Source: Mobula birostris
Lineage: Eukaryota
DNA: 63,878 nucleotides
Direction: 5' to 3'
NCBI RefSeq assembly: GCF_030028105.1
Contig: NC_092379.1
Span: 26,901,821-26,965,698, forward strand
This document shows positions 22,381 through 35,426 of the stretch, in pieces. A model generated the notes under the pieces. It ran no database searches. It worked only from the letters and a program-made list of their open reading frames with translations, and was not told where the DNA came from. Within the stretch, counting starts at the first letter, position 1. Each line of letters opens with the position of its first letter. The translations under genes and the position numbers were made by a program.

Positions 22381-25300
22381 TACAATAATGTTTTATGCAG
22401 AGTTCGTGCAAAAATTATAATAAATATTATGTAAATAAAGTTTTGTCTTCTGACTATTGGATATGTTGTGATATGGACCTTGACTACTGCGAATTCGAAA
22501 GGGTGCTGCATTACTTTAAAAAGAAAACAGTGAAATTATCATTAATAACATCAACACGAAATTCTACTGGGATTAATGAAGCTATTTTGCCTCGTGAATT
22601 AGAGCCCGAAAAGTAAATGAATGAGTCCTGCGGGTCTGTGCACTATATTTGCGAACTTTCCTCCCAGCTACAGTCGTTAAGCCCTGCGTTTTATTTTTAA
22701 CGATTGCCTAGTTTATTTTGACTAGCACGGGTTCCCACATTCTACGGTTAATTAAAGCGAGATCCTGGTAAGCAGTAATGGCAAATCATTTTGTTTCGAG
22801 AATGGTTCAACACCCAATGTCGCTCGGTCAGTCCTCTGGTGTTCTGTCAATATTTCCTTCAAATAAACTGTTGCTTCCTTGTCCACATGTCAGTTCTACG
22901 CAGTAGGGTCAGTCATTTCTTCAGCCACACTGCAACTGTAAATTAGGAAAATGTGATACGAATAAATATTTTTTGGGAGGGGGGGTGGTGATGATCTTAT
23001 TTAAATGCAGTTTGCCTTGTGGAATGTTGACTGTTGTAATCTCATTTGTGGATAGAGTTAATATTTTCTGTTCCTTTTATTTCACAACTATTATCATCAG
23101 TTTAATAAAGGAGAGCTGTAGATCGATTTGTCGAAGGTAACTAGATCAAATAGACATTATAACATTGTAATACGAAACAGTTATGGCCGAATGTTTGAGA
23201 GATTAGTTTAGTTTAAACACGTGCTTGAGTTTGAAGAACACTACGTAGATATGGCTGAATAATTCAGTTTTAAAGTGCAAAATTAATAAAATTAATAAAG
23301 AAGTCAGATGTTCTAATTCATTACGGCTGGTGTAATTTGAACAGAATATGATCAATATGAGCAGCATGGACGTTACAGTGACCGTGTCTGTACGAGGACG
23401 AACAAAAGTTGGTTAATTTAATTGAAGCCCGTAAGGTAAAATCTAAGTCTATGGAGCTCCGTGTAACGTGACGATTAATGGGTTGTAAATCCAAACAAAA
23501 ATTCTGTATTTTAAAACACATTACAGGTAGTAGAATATCACGGAAAAGACGGTGATAATGAAAATGGTGGAAAATAGAATGCCATTCCTACTTCAGGCGC
23601 CGAACGTTCTTGAAAATATTTCAGAAAATGGTTTAATAAGACTAGTTATTATACACCAACCCACTAGAATAACAGCAACAGCGCCCAGCAGTATCCTCGG
23701 GAATTTAAATTGTGACGTAAACAGCGAAAATATACATTACTTCATTTTAGTAGGGACTGAGCCACGACCGAGGATAAAATGAAGAACATCCGTACTACTT
23801 CACTCCGGTATGTCATGTCAACAAACCACGCTGGAGTCAGGAAACGACGAAAAATTGAAGTACTTTCTGAGATTCTTCGTGTTTAGCAGCCGACACTGTT
23901 CTCCTTCTATTTTTAAGTGTCTGTAGGTCTCATACTACAGAAACACTTGCAAATCAATTAATCATTAATTAAGTTGAGTGCATTATGATTGGCACTCTGA
24001 AAACATCTTCTAATATGCAAATATATATGGCAAATCGTAATCGTCTCTGAACTCCAAAATAACCAAACAGTATACACTCTATTTTTTTAGTAATTTACAA
24101 ACCCGTGATGAACTCAAACCGCATTATGGAAAGGTTTAAAATACATTGCTGTGAGGCAATAAGAATCTTCAATTTAATCAGACGTTGGCAAAAACTGTGG
24201 AGCCTTGTCTGAGACTGATCGTTTTATGCTTCCATCAATTCCCTCTCCTGAAAGTTGCACAGTAATCTGTGTCCTGTATAAATGGTGTGACTAACACCTT
24301 GTTGCTCCTGTCTATAACTGTTTCACTTACCCTAAAAAGCCGAAGGTCATCGAACTGCAACTTTTCATCCCTTATACGTTCTCTAACGATCTGCATTGCG
24401 ATGCACCTGTGCAGATGTGGCCATCGGAGCGCAGCTGGTGGTCTCCTGAGCATCCCAAATATGACACCCAGAGGAGAATACCGGCTCTGTAGACATACCC
24501 ACTATTCTCTCAACAGTTGAATAAGATAACCAGAATGGAATTGCATAGCCCCTGCGTAAACTCGAAGAAGACCTTTTGTGCCAAAGCCTTACCACTCTAC
24601 GTCAGGCTATCCCGACGATGACCACTTCGAAAGGCAGTATTTCTCCTTTATAGACACTTCGTTCCCCGTCGAAATAATTCGGCGAACATGCGCGGAAACG
24701 TTCCCACTGCGGCAGTGGAGTGCGCCAGTCATTGACTCCCGTAGAAAAAAAAGAAACTTGCTGTTTTTTGTTTTATCTAACCGTTCACTCTGTGCGGAAA
24801 AAAAAACAAACCAAAACAAAAAAAAAATAAACTGATCTTGCGTTCCTCAGGACTCCAGTGAACTGTGCGAATTGTTCATAGATCGAAGGCCGGCGTCATT
24901 TCCCCGATCAGCTGAAGGAGGCTGGCACCCACCAATGAGATAAAGGCTTTGCGCATGCGACTATTTCGATTCATTCGATCAATTTGCAGACGAAACTCTC
25001 TCCGCGGTATGAAACGATTTATTCACCTCCTATTACAGTGCTAAGGAGCAAAGATTTAATATTGTGTTGGCACTTTCTTAGGTAACATTGCAAGTAGTTT
25101 GTAGTTCATTGTTCACCATTGTTCGGAATAGAGCTTTAAACAAACTAATGCTCCAGTTCTACTTTGATTTTCCAAATATCATGGACGGGAATAACGTCTT
25201 TTTTATGCTCTATTCTGATCAGGCTTCGTTCTACTTAGCTTTATCGCTAACCCGTGCATACCAAAGGTCACGTTGCTCTTTGAATGAGCTTCGTTGCATT

Positions 25301-26594
25301 GCGTGGAAATCTCTGATGTTTTTTGTCGTTTCTTGACACTTTCTGGTAGTAAAGGATGAAATCAGCAGTCATTCCTCGATCTTGAACGTCGATGGAATTA
25401 TAACTCATGAAATATCCCGCAGAATGGTGATATGTCCGGTCTCCTTATTACATCATTTCTCAACGAAACTTACCTTCTCATACCGAATTTGATGAATGTC
25501 AGATTATTAAGAGTATTCTTGCATTTACACTTGATTTTTGATAGAATGGGTAGTGCAGACTCATTGGAAAGTTCAGACGTCGAATCTACGGCAAGACAAT
25601 GAAAAACGTAATTAACACCGTTAGTACTCAGAAAACAGAGTAATATACGTATTTCAAATATCCATGGTTCGATTGTAAAGAATCTAAATAAAGATTTCAT
25701 AACACAATTATATGCAACGTTACAGCCACGTTGAATCTAAGGGATCCCGAGATCTCCAACAGTGATCAAGTTGTGGCAGGAAAAAGGCACCGCTGCTGAG
25801 TTCTGACTTGTCTCTGAAAACATGGATTCACAAGGTGGTTGTCTCGATTCGAAAATTTCGGTGAAATATGATGATTGGGTCTACTTGCTTCAAACGATTG
25901 GAGGTGAAGAGTGAACACACGGAAGTGTATCAGATAAAAAGGCACAATCTAAATGTGGTATAAAATACATTTGCAATACTTGCATATCCTTGACGTAAAC
26001 ATAAGCGGGTGCAGTCTTAAGTTGTGAAGAAGCAACTTTAAAGGAGAACTGCACCATAAGAAATGTTTTTTTTTTTGTCTCATCTGCAAATAACATTGTT
26101 AATATCACTAAATCGCAGTTAGAGAGGGCTGTATATACTGGTCTAACTTCTGTAGTTAAACTAGTTAATTTGGCAAAGGAAAGAAGGTTTATTCACAACC
26201 ATGGATGATGGAGTTGGGAAAGAATGGCATTGATAGGCTTGTCTGATCGTTGATGGCCGAAGTTACCGATTCTTTGCCGTAATTTGCTGGAGTCTCTGTG
26301 TCTTATGAAATTTTGGGAAGTTCATTTCTTTAGAATGAAAACGTGAATCACGCTGAGCAGACGTGGATTAAATTGGTAGTTTAGAAATTTTCTCCGTGCA
26401 GTGTGTCTCTTCAACATATTCTGCAATTGTTGTTTTTCCTCCTAAAGACGGTACCAGACTCATAGTTTTGTACTATTCAAACAGAAACAAAATCTACTCC
26501 GTATTTAGTACGAGATTATAATAAACAACTTCTGATTCTACCGTGTTTGCCGTTGAGTCTTACATACAGCTGAATCGATAGCTCGGAGTAAGTA

Positions 26595-26848
26595 ACGTAT
26601 GTGCGGTCTCGGGCAATTTGCCAACTTTCGGCTGATGGCTGTGTTGAGGAACAAAGATAATGTACAGGATTGGAAGAAATAAGGAAAGAATTTGATTGGT
26701 GGACATCGAAAAGCAAAGAGCGGCACGTTAAGCTGTAAGAGACCAATGGCCTGTTAACAAACGATAGGGAAGTCCTGACGAAACATAATTAAACTTGTTT
26801 GAGAATAACACTGTTTTGTTACAAATCCATAGTGGACGGATCACAGAC
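26595..26848 (+). promoter_or_regulatory. Candidate V3 promoter
   Basis: Paralogous to the V2 upstream region. TGCGGT is at 26602-26607, three ATTGG/CCAAT boxes are retained, and there is a TGACG half-CRE about 75 bp before the ATG. Confidence 0.4.
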
Positions 26849-26894
26849 ATGCGGGACCTATATTTGTTTCTCATTGCGGCAGCTCTTCTGGTTG
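26849..26894 (+). CDS. Leader exon of TCR V3
   Basis: Encodes MRDLYLFLIAAALLV-G, 46 nt, followed by GTAAG. Confidence 0.9.
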
Positions 26895-27383
26895 GTAAGT
26901 TTCTCGACATTTAGAAAACCATCGTTCTCACCATGCTGAACAGGATAATTTAACCCGAAATATCAGTAATACAACATTGTTCATGGCATGAAAGGATTTG
27001 GATGTACGATAGTAACAGGGATCCAAATCTCATGCAACTGGAGATAGAATGTTTGATGAGTATATCCAGGACAACGACAGACGATTCGGCCTCAGCCCTT
27101 GGCGGGGAAGTGTTGTATTTTTTTTTTTTTATTTATTTTTCTTCTGGGATGCAATGCGTATAAACTCTTTGATCAAGACAATTGGAAGTTTTCTCAAAAA
27201 GATAATATAATTCAGGTTTTCTTGCCCCACCTGCGAATTTTAGACGTGAGTTTTACCTCACGTTGAAACCCCCACCCCGCTGCTCAGGCAGTACTAAGGA
27301 CGTAGGGTTAGCTTCGGATATATGCAAGCAAAATATTGATATTCCTTGCCTTAAATTTTGAAATTCTTTTTGGACTATAACAG

Positions 27384-27690
27384 GACATTGCCGAGGCGAT
27401 GCTGTCTATCAGTCACCTGCTGTCACCACAGTCGCGGAAGGGAAAGTTGCAGTGTTAAACTGTAACTATACAGCTACAAGCAGAGATGACCCTCGACTAA
27501 TCTGGTACCGTCAGTATCCCGGAGAGTCTCTGCAGTTCCTTCTGATCCGTTCAAAATTCGACAAACGCCTAGAGAATATTCCCCGACAACGGTTCACAGC
27601 ACAGCTGAATGATTCGAGCAGAACGGTCCCACTGACAATATCCGAAACACATCTAGGCGACACTGCCATGTATTACTGCGCTCTGAGACC
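27384..27690 (+). CDS. TCR alpha/delta-type V exon V3, apparently functional
   Basis: A TAACAG acceptor precedes the open frame GHCRG/DAVYQSPAVTTVAEGKVAVLNCNYTATSRDDPRLIWYRQYPGESLQFLLIRSKFDKRLENIPRQRFTAQLNDSSRTVPLTISETHLGDTAMYYCALRP. Confidence 0.92.
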
Positions 27691-27729
27691 CACAGGGGTA
27701 CAGAACTAGTCTGAGCCTGTACAGTAACT
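27691..27729 (+). promoter_or_regulatory. Recombination signal sequence, 23-bp spacer (V3)
   Basis: CACAGGG + GTACAGAACTAGTCTGAGCCTGT + ACAGTAACT. Confidence 0.88.
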
Positions 27730-29847
27730 AGCGTGGTTCTTTGTTGGCTGCTAAGTATAATAGCCGCTTTCTGAGCGTCTGTAGGTCTATGTTGACCTTG
27801 CATTTGTCTAAATTTCAAGATATTTCTTGAGATTATTATTCAATAGATTGAGTCGCCTTCAGCCTACTTCTCTTCAATGTGTTCCAATGCACATCCAGCC
27901 ACCAAACCCCGTCTCTAGTCTTTCACCCGACAAAGGAAACGATAACCTTTCATTGTTTATTTTTTTTTCGCTCACCATTTCGAAGAAGAGCCTCTTTCCC
28001 TTGCATTGGGGTAGATGCAGATTCTGTAGTGAAATGTTGTTGATTCTCCAACATACTACCGTGTTAAAATCTCACATATTCCGCAATTTATTATTAATTG
28101 CAGTTTTTAACATGCAAACTTATCGTTTTATTTGTTTTTACTTCAAAATATTTTTTTCAGAGCTATACCGGAGCGCCCTCGTATGGATTACGAAATAACG
28201 GCAATCTAACATTGCTGGTGTGTTCAGAACAATCACAGAAAAACAAGCAGGTGGGTGCTCTTGAATTTGAATTTGAATTTACCGCTCACCCACACTGAGT
28301 CAATCGAGGAAGATGTAATTTATAGAGCGAGCATTATTTTTTTCTTTCCTCAGGATTGCACAGCTGCACCTCTCGTTTCAGGAAATAACATCAACACCAC
28401 TCATAACACCATACAAAAAAGTTTGTGTAATGAGTAGCAGAAACACTGTGGACAATAGAAAAATAAATGAGTAACGTGAACACTGAAAGGTTTATAGTGA
28501 GAAAATAAATAAATACATAAACAAATATACGTTAACGGCAAGGCTTGCCGAAGTGTGAATGATATGAGTAGTCAATATACGTTGATATGTTCAGTCAAAT
28601 CAATCAAGTCTTATTTATTTATAAAGCATTGTTAAAACAACCCATGTTGTCTAAAGTGATGTACAAACCATAGCAGGTAGCTAAAATGGAAAATGCAAGA
28701 AGCACAGATACAAACAGCAAGGCACATAGCTTTTCACACTCCGTATTTCGCTGATCTTTTGAAATACGTTTCGTCCTTTTACTCTGGAGTTACCTCGGGT
28801 TCAAATAAAAACAGCCTAAACGCATCGCTTGTGCTCCGGCCTTTAAATTCTCCTAATCAAAACAACGTCGCAGGCAATCCAGTTTTTCAAAAAAAAAAAA
28901 AGGCGATGGAGGGAAAATACGGGAGGTAAAGTAGCGATTCCTGTGCGATGCCTTTGGATTCAATGTTCACAAACCCTTAAACTCTAAAGAAGATCATAAA
29001 ACGTGTTTGATAGAACAATCTGCGTGATATATCACTGCGGGATGCTTATAAAGTACTCACTTAGGATTTCAGAACTTACTCACGATCATGTCTGGTCTCT
29101 GCCTCGAGTTGAAGATGCCAATAGCTAAATGCTCAACGCGTCTGTGGCGTGCACACAGTCACACAACTGAACAAACCAGTCCCAACTTTTGTTTTACTTG
29201 AACGCAAGTTATTCTACTTCCGAAGCTCCAACATGGACGTGTCAACCTACAGCTGTCATTGAATGCAAACGGAAACATTAGATTTTATGGCTTCAGACTC
29301 CTCACAACAATGTGTTTCCATTTTTGTTTCGCTTTTTCTTTTCACTACTTTTATCTACTTGATTGAACTCAGTACGTGTTTCTATATTTATTTGTTTTAT
29401 CCTTCATTGTAAAGGTGCACAAAATTTTAAAAACATTACGAAATATGACGGTAATATTAAACCTTATTTTAATTGCGATTTTACGTTTCTATGAGAAACA
29501 TTTAATTTCTGGGCAAGTGATTAAAACACAAATGTAACACTCAAAAGGAATATAGGGTTATAAAAGATGTATGATCACCATAAGACCAATAGGATATGGG
29601 AGCAGACTTGGGCCATATGGCACATTGTGAGCTATCCGCCATTTCATCATGCCTGAAGCAATTTTCCTCTTAGCCCCAATTTACCTACCGGCTTCTCCAC
29701 GTATCCATTCATACATTGATCAATCAACAGTCTATCAAACTCTGTCGTAAATATCCAAATAAACTTGTTCCACATCTGTCTATGCCCAAACAATTGTACA
29801 GGCTTACAATCCATTGGCTAAAAAAAAAAAAAAAATCCTCCGTTATA

Positions 29848-30283
29848 GCAGACACCAACAGAAACAATACACTGATTCGTAAGGCCAGTGATGTTGTGGG
29901 GGTGGAACTGGACTCTCTAACGGTGGCGTCTGAAAAGGGGATGCTGTCCAAGTTGCATACCATCTTGGAAAATGTCTCCCATCCACAACATAATGTACTG
30001 GTTGGGCGCAGGAGCACATTTAGCCAGAAACTTATTCCACAGAGATGCAACACAGAGCGTCATAGGAAGTCATTCCTGCCTTTGGCCATCAAAATTTACA
30101 ACTCCTCCCTTGGAGGGTCAGACGCCCGGAGTCAATGCTGGACTTATTTCCTGGCATAATTTACATATTAGTATTTATCTATTTATGGTTTTAACTATTT
30201 ATGTTTTTAATACTATTTATTATTTATTGTGCTACTGTAACGAAAACCAATTTTCCCCGGGATCAATAAGGTATGACTATGAC
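29848..30283 (+). mobile_element. Rex1/Babar-type LINE 3' fragment, specific to copy 2, inserted into an older CR1 remnant
   Basis: Encodes LIRKASDVVGVELDSLTV...SHPQHNVL...TERHRKSFLPLAIKIYNSS and ends in a TATGAC-TATGAC tail. It is absent at the paralogous sites near 1835 and 53560. Confidence 0.85.
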
Positions 30284-31034
30284 AAAAATATCGCCCTCGC
30301 TATACCGAGTCTGTTCCTGTGTTGTCAGACACTTCCACCGTATACCTACTCGATCAAGAACTTCAACGATTCGATATGTTCCGGTGAATTCTAATGAATA
30401 GACAAAAATGTCATCTGGCACTTCTACAAGATGTTTTGAGATAAGCTCTAATAATCGTAAGTTTTGTTGTCCTAATGAATATTTAAATATTCAACATCTT
30501 TCGATATAGGTTGCATCATAGAACAAATGACAGCAAATCCATGTTCAACTGTAAAGGTAACAAGACTACAACGTGTAGACCTGAACGCTTTTTTCCATAT
30601 TGGCAAATCATACAAAAATTTTGTAATTATTTTTCAGTAGTGTAGATTACGGTGACTTCAGTGCCCTGGTTGGAAACATCTGCTAGTTCAGCTTACCCAT
30701 TGCTAAAATCCATAATTTCAAACTGATTCAAGTGTGGATTTACTGTTCTTCCTTTCAGGAAATCAAGTGAATCTTCTGTCCTTATTTCTATCAAACGCTT
30801 TAAGACGTCATATTGCAAGCCAGCTAACTGCTGTGTGTTATGAAACGTTTCTTCTTCTGCACCCTTTTTTTTATTGTTGTATTTTCTTCCAGTCTGTATT
30901 GTTTGTCTATAAACCTCTCAGCATTTCCAAATAGTTGACCGTTTTGTAGTTTCCGGAATACACTCACGAAATAAAAATTATTTTCTGATAACATCACCAT
31001 GAGCATATCGAAATGAAAAGGGTCTGACAACACT

Positions 31035-31750
31035 GAGCAAAACACAAGTAAATGCTGGAGGAAAACACCAGGACAGACAGGTTCTAATGGGGAAAAAAGA
31101 AAGTATAGTCGACGTTTCACTTTGAAACCCTTCGGCAGGAGAAAAATAAGCAGAGGAATAGATTTAAATGCTGCGGTACGGGTGTGAGAATGATCAACTA
31201 ACATTAAAACATGTCGGTGTTTCCATTCAACGTCCATCCGTGGCCTCAGACAATGTGCCGTTGAGGCCACACTTAGTTTGGAGGAAAATCCGTTGTATTC
31301 TGTTTGAGTAACTTCCAACCTGTTGGCATGGTCATCGATTTCTAAAACGTCCGTAATACACTCACTGCATTTCCTATTCTCCTTTCCATCTCTCACCTTA
31401 TCCCCTTGCCCGCTCATAAACTGGTTCTGCTCTCATCAACCACCCCACCCCCACATTTATTTTCCTCCATGCCCTTCAGCCTCTTTTATCAATCAGCTGC
31501 CCATGACTTTACTGCATGCTTCTCCAGTTAGAGTTCACATTTCTCCTAGTGTTACTCTCTGCCCTCTGAACCCCCACCTCAACCTTTTCAATCTTATCTT
31601 CAGATTTCTGTTTTTTTTTTTTTTTGGTCTCCTGTCCGGCCGAAGTATTTCCTATTGAAACGTCAACGGTATTTTTTTTCAATAGCTGCTGCGTGGCCTG
31701 CAGAATTCCTACGGCATTCTGTGGGTTGCTTGGATATTCAGCATGCAGAT
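31035..31750 (+). mobile_element. Penelope-like remnant, copy-2 paralog
   Basis: Same inverted termini and GIY-YIG remnant as 2560-3250. Confidence 0.7.
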
Positions 31751-32639
31751 TTTTTTTTTCTTTTCTGTGAGCTGATAACACTGAGAAATGTCTATAGCTA
31801 CATCCAATTGCATAGGTAACGGGAATTACGAGCTGTCAATTGCTGAAAGACTCTCCTGAAATGGGGTCAGCTATTCGTTAAAGTATAACATTATTTGTTC
31901 CCGGAGGTGTTTCCCAGTTTTTTTCCCCCTTGCTCCAGTCCACGCAACGCACGACAGCTTCCACTGCAGATGGTTTTGCTGAATTCTCTCCACTGGGATG
32001 GGAATTATTTATTTCAGTAATCCGGTAAGTAGCTTGAAAGGATGGTCAGTGAAAAGGGTTTTGTGAAATGACAAATCCAAGTTTTGAAAGTGTCGCAACG
32101 TTTTCGAATTTAGCCAGAGTCGCAGACATAAAATGCATGCGTTGATGCATTTTCAGGATGGACAGACGTGAGATGCTCCTTTAGATTTGCTGTCTCCATT
32201 ACTCCATTCTAAATAATTGTTCTGCACAACAGAGTGGCATTGGTGATCCGTCTCGGCCAATAATGGAAGTGAAACTATTTCATGCATGTTTTTTATCACA
32301 ATACCTTTAGCTCGATATTTCACCTTTAATTGGGTCTGCAAAAATATAAAATAAAAAATGCAGTGAAAATATTACATATGATTCAATTAACATTTTTGAA
32401 ATTTAATATTTGTCAAGCTTTTTCCAGTAATTTGTTCTGTAATTATGCTTATAATAAGTAACCTGCATGCGAATTAAGTGCAGGAAAAGAGGTTCACTAT
32501 GTCAAATACGGCAGGTTTTGGAACTTACCCAAAGTATTAATACAATTAAAGCCTCTGACGTTGTTAAATAGACAAAAAGGTGCACCAGTATCTTTGGCGC
32601 CTTTTCCTTCCTGGATTTTTTTTTTTCTTGGTATAGATT

Positions 32640-34004
32640 TGTCATGGTCCTGTCTGTGAAGACCATATTCCGGTTCACGGTCCGGTCCATCGACCCTTGC
32701 TCCAGGTTTTCCTATCTACCCTGCTTCTGTTCTTGTTGAGCTAATTGAGGCAGCTGATGCTTGTTGGGGCTGGTTGCATAAATACCTTCAGAGACCAGAG
32801 CGTGGCTGCTCGATAGCTCTTGTCCTTACTCCTTGTATCCCTTGCCCTGCCTTCTGTTTCCTAGCCTGCAGCCCTGCCTTGTCTTGCCGGTAGCTCTCGT
32901 CTCGCCTGAAGTTCTCGTCTAGCCCTGCATTGCCTGAAGCCTTGTCTTGTCTTGCTGATAACTCTCGCCTTGTCTCGCCTGCAGTCTTGTCCTGGAGCCA
33001 CCCTGTACCTAACTCCCTTCCTGTTCCTTGCCTCCGCACAGGTAAAGCCAGGCCGTCTCGCCGTTACCTGCGGTTGGTTTTGTCCCTTCCTATCTCATGC
33101 CTCCGTCAGGTGGGAAACCGTGCCTTGTCCAGAAGAACCGCGCCCTTCTCAGGAGTACCGTGCCCAGCCCAGGTGAACCGTGCCCTGCCCCGGAGGAGCC
33201 TGCCTAGTCTCAAGCCTGAAGACTCCAGCCTCCTGCGTATCCTCAAGCCTGGAGACTCCAGCTTCCTGCCTCCTGCCAAGCCAAGTCTCTAGCCTCCTGA
33301 CTCCTGCCATGCAAAGTCTCTTGCCTTCTGCCTCCTGCCAAGCCAAGTCTCTAGCCTCCTGCCTCCTGCCAAGCCAAGTCTCTATCCACCTGCCTCCTGC
33401 CAAGCCAAGTCTCTAGCTTCCTGCCTCCTGCCTAGCAAAGTCTCTAGCCACCTGCCTCCTGCCAAGCCAAGTCTCTAGCCCCCTGCCTCCTGCCATGCCA
33501 AGTCTCCAGCTTCTTGCCTCCTGCCAAGTCATCTCTCTTGCCTCCTGCCTCCTCCTAAGACAGTTCTCTAGTCTCCTGCTTCCTGCCAAGCCAAGTCTGT
33601 AGCCTCCAGCCTCCTGCCAAGCCAAGTCTCCGGCCTCTAGCCTTCTGTTAAGCCTCACTTCTGGTCTCTAGCCTCAAACCTGAAGACTTCAGCCCCGTGA
33701 CTCCTGCCAAGCGTCGCCCCTATCCTCAACCCAGAGGACTTCAGCCCCGGCCTGCCTGCCTGCCAAGCCTCCTCCTTGCCTGTTTCTGGCGCCCGAGCCA
33801 GAGGCAAGACCCAGGTACGGGCTCCTTGTCCAGTTTCTGCCTCGGAGTCCAAGCCTGGGCCCTAGCTCTTTTGTCCAGTCCTGTTCCAGGTTCTTAGTTT
33901 TCCTGTCCATGTCCTTGCCATCGCCCTGTATCCTAATCCTGTCCCTAGTACTTCAGTGTCTGTGTCTTGCACTTGGGTCCGTTCCCAGCCATGCCCGTAT
34001 GTCA
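32640..34004 (+). mobile_element. Solo LTR (Ty3/Gypsy-type) with 5-bp TSD AGATT
   Basis: Begins TGTCA and ends TGTCA. AGATT is at 32635-32639 and 34005-34009. The empty sites (GGATT) are near 3888 and 7397. Confidence 0.9.
33261..33640 (+). repeat. 31-bp minisatellite inside the solo LTR, about 12 copies
   Basis: The unit is approximately GCCTCCTGCCTCCTGCCAAGCCAAGTCTCTA. AGCCAAGT recurs at 33341, 33372 and 33403. Confidence 0.9.
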
Positions 34005-35426
34005 AGATTGACATATTATAAGGAAATCAATGTCAGGACCAATACGATGGGTTATTGTCGGAATACAATTCTATCAGAAGTTAACCATCCCAAATCAAAC
34101 GTATTGCTATTGTTAGTAGTTTCAGATTATGTTATAGTTCACTAAATAAAACAGTGATCAGTCAATCAAATAAATTGTCCTATGGAAAACCTGTTTGTGA
34201 GTCGTTGTTTTTTTTTTTATATAACGTCGTGTGTTTATTTTCGAAGTCTTACGACTCTACTTCGCATGCCGGCAACTAGCCATTTCGCTGATGCTGCCTT
34301 TCCGTGTCTGTATTCGCTACTGCCCGATCATTTAATTTGGACACTAAGATACTCATCGAATCGGGAATACAAATTTTCTAAAATGTTCATGTGACGTCTT
34401 CTTTGTGTTATTACAGTCTATGTTGTCTATAAGACCGTCGGACATTGGAGCAGAATTAGTCCATTTAGTTCATCGACTCGGCTCCACAATCGATTATGAC
34501 TGTTGGCGGAATCCGGTCAACTCCATGCACATGCCTTCTAGCCACAACATTGAATGCCCTGCCCAATCAGTTGACAATCAAATTCCGCCTGAAATCTACG
34601 CAAGTGCATGGTCTCCACCGCAGTCTGTGGCAGAGCATTCCAGATATTTACACATCTCTGGCTCAATAAAAAATCTTCCTTACTTTCTTCCTCTTGCCTG
34701 TCAAATATTCTAATATCCATGCCACTATCTTTCCTATAACGACATATGATTTTATCTTGTTATGAAATTGCATGCGTTCATGTTATCAAACGACTTCTGA
34801 AAATCGAGGTAAATGACATCCACTGCCTCTCTTTTGACAAACTTTCTCTTTCATTCCTCGAAGATCTCAAACGGTTTGTCAGCCAGGATTTCCCTTTGCG
34901 AACACCATGCTGATTTTGACTTATTTTATCATTAGTGCCTGAAAACCACATCTTTAATAACAGACTCTAACACTTTCCCAGCAAAAGACTTTAAGCTATC
35001 TGCTCAACAATTCCGTCTTTAAACGTCCCCCCTTCTCAAAGAGTGAAGAAATATTTCCAATCCTCCAGTCGTCTGGGACCCTGATGGAATCAAGCCATTC
35101 TTGAGAGATCATGATCAATGTTTCCGTTATCTCTTTATGCTATATTAGTCTCAACCGCTCCCAACAGCTCTAGTAAATCTGCCAGCAGGAATATTGGCTC
35201 CCTTGTACTCAAATTCAAGTCGTCCCATTATAAGAGTCCCACTTGCTCACCATGGGGTCCCAATAATTTACTAGAATTTTTAATCCCCGCCCGTTGCTCC
35301 AAAATCTGCAGGTACACATTTATCTGCCTCCTTATTATATTCATATCGTCCCCTGTCCCTTTACACAGGAAGCAATTCATGATTAATACGCTTGACATAC
35401 TGTGTCTAAGCTCCTTCCTAACACTC

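Larger units (their letters stand above)
1..24240 (+). repeat. Segmental duplication, copy 1 (V1 to the V2 downstream flank)
   Basis: Collinear, in the same orientation, with 27538 to about 51660 once copy-specific insertions and one nested duplication are removed. Examples: 9560-11788 matches 37840-40056, and 13353-24240 matches 40057-51660. Confidence 0.9.
24240..28730 (+). repeat. Duplicated V cassette (upstream flank, leader, V3, RSS, about 1 kb downstream)
   Basis: Matches 17810 to about 22200 and 45444 to about 49865. It begins abruptly at TCCCTCTCC inside a CR1 remnant. Confidence 0.88.

Noticed and set aside
30824-31417. 197-aa minus-strand ORF, the longest in the track
   Set aside because: It is antisense to the Penelope GIY-YIG remnant, and the paralogs at 2400-2900 and 5800-6150 do not preserve the frame.
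33261-33640. 31-bp repeat array as CRISPR-like
   Set aside because: The units are head-to-tail with no unique spacers and lie inside a solo LTR of a vertebrate genome, so this is an ordinary minisatellite.
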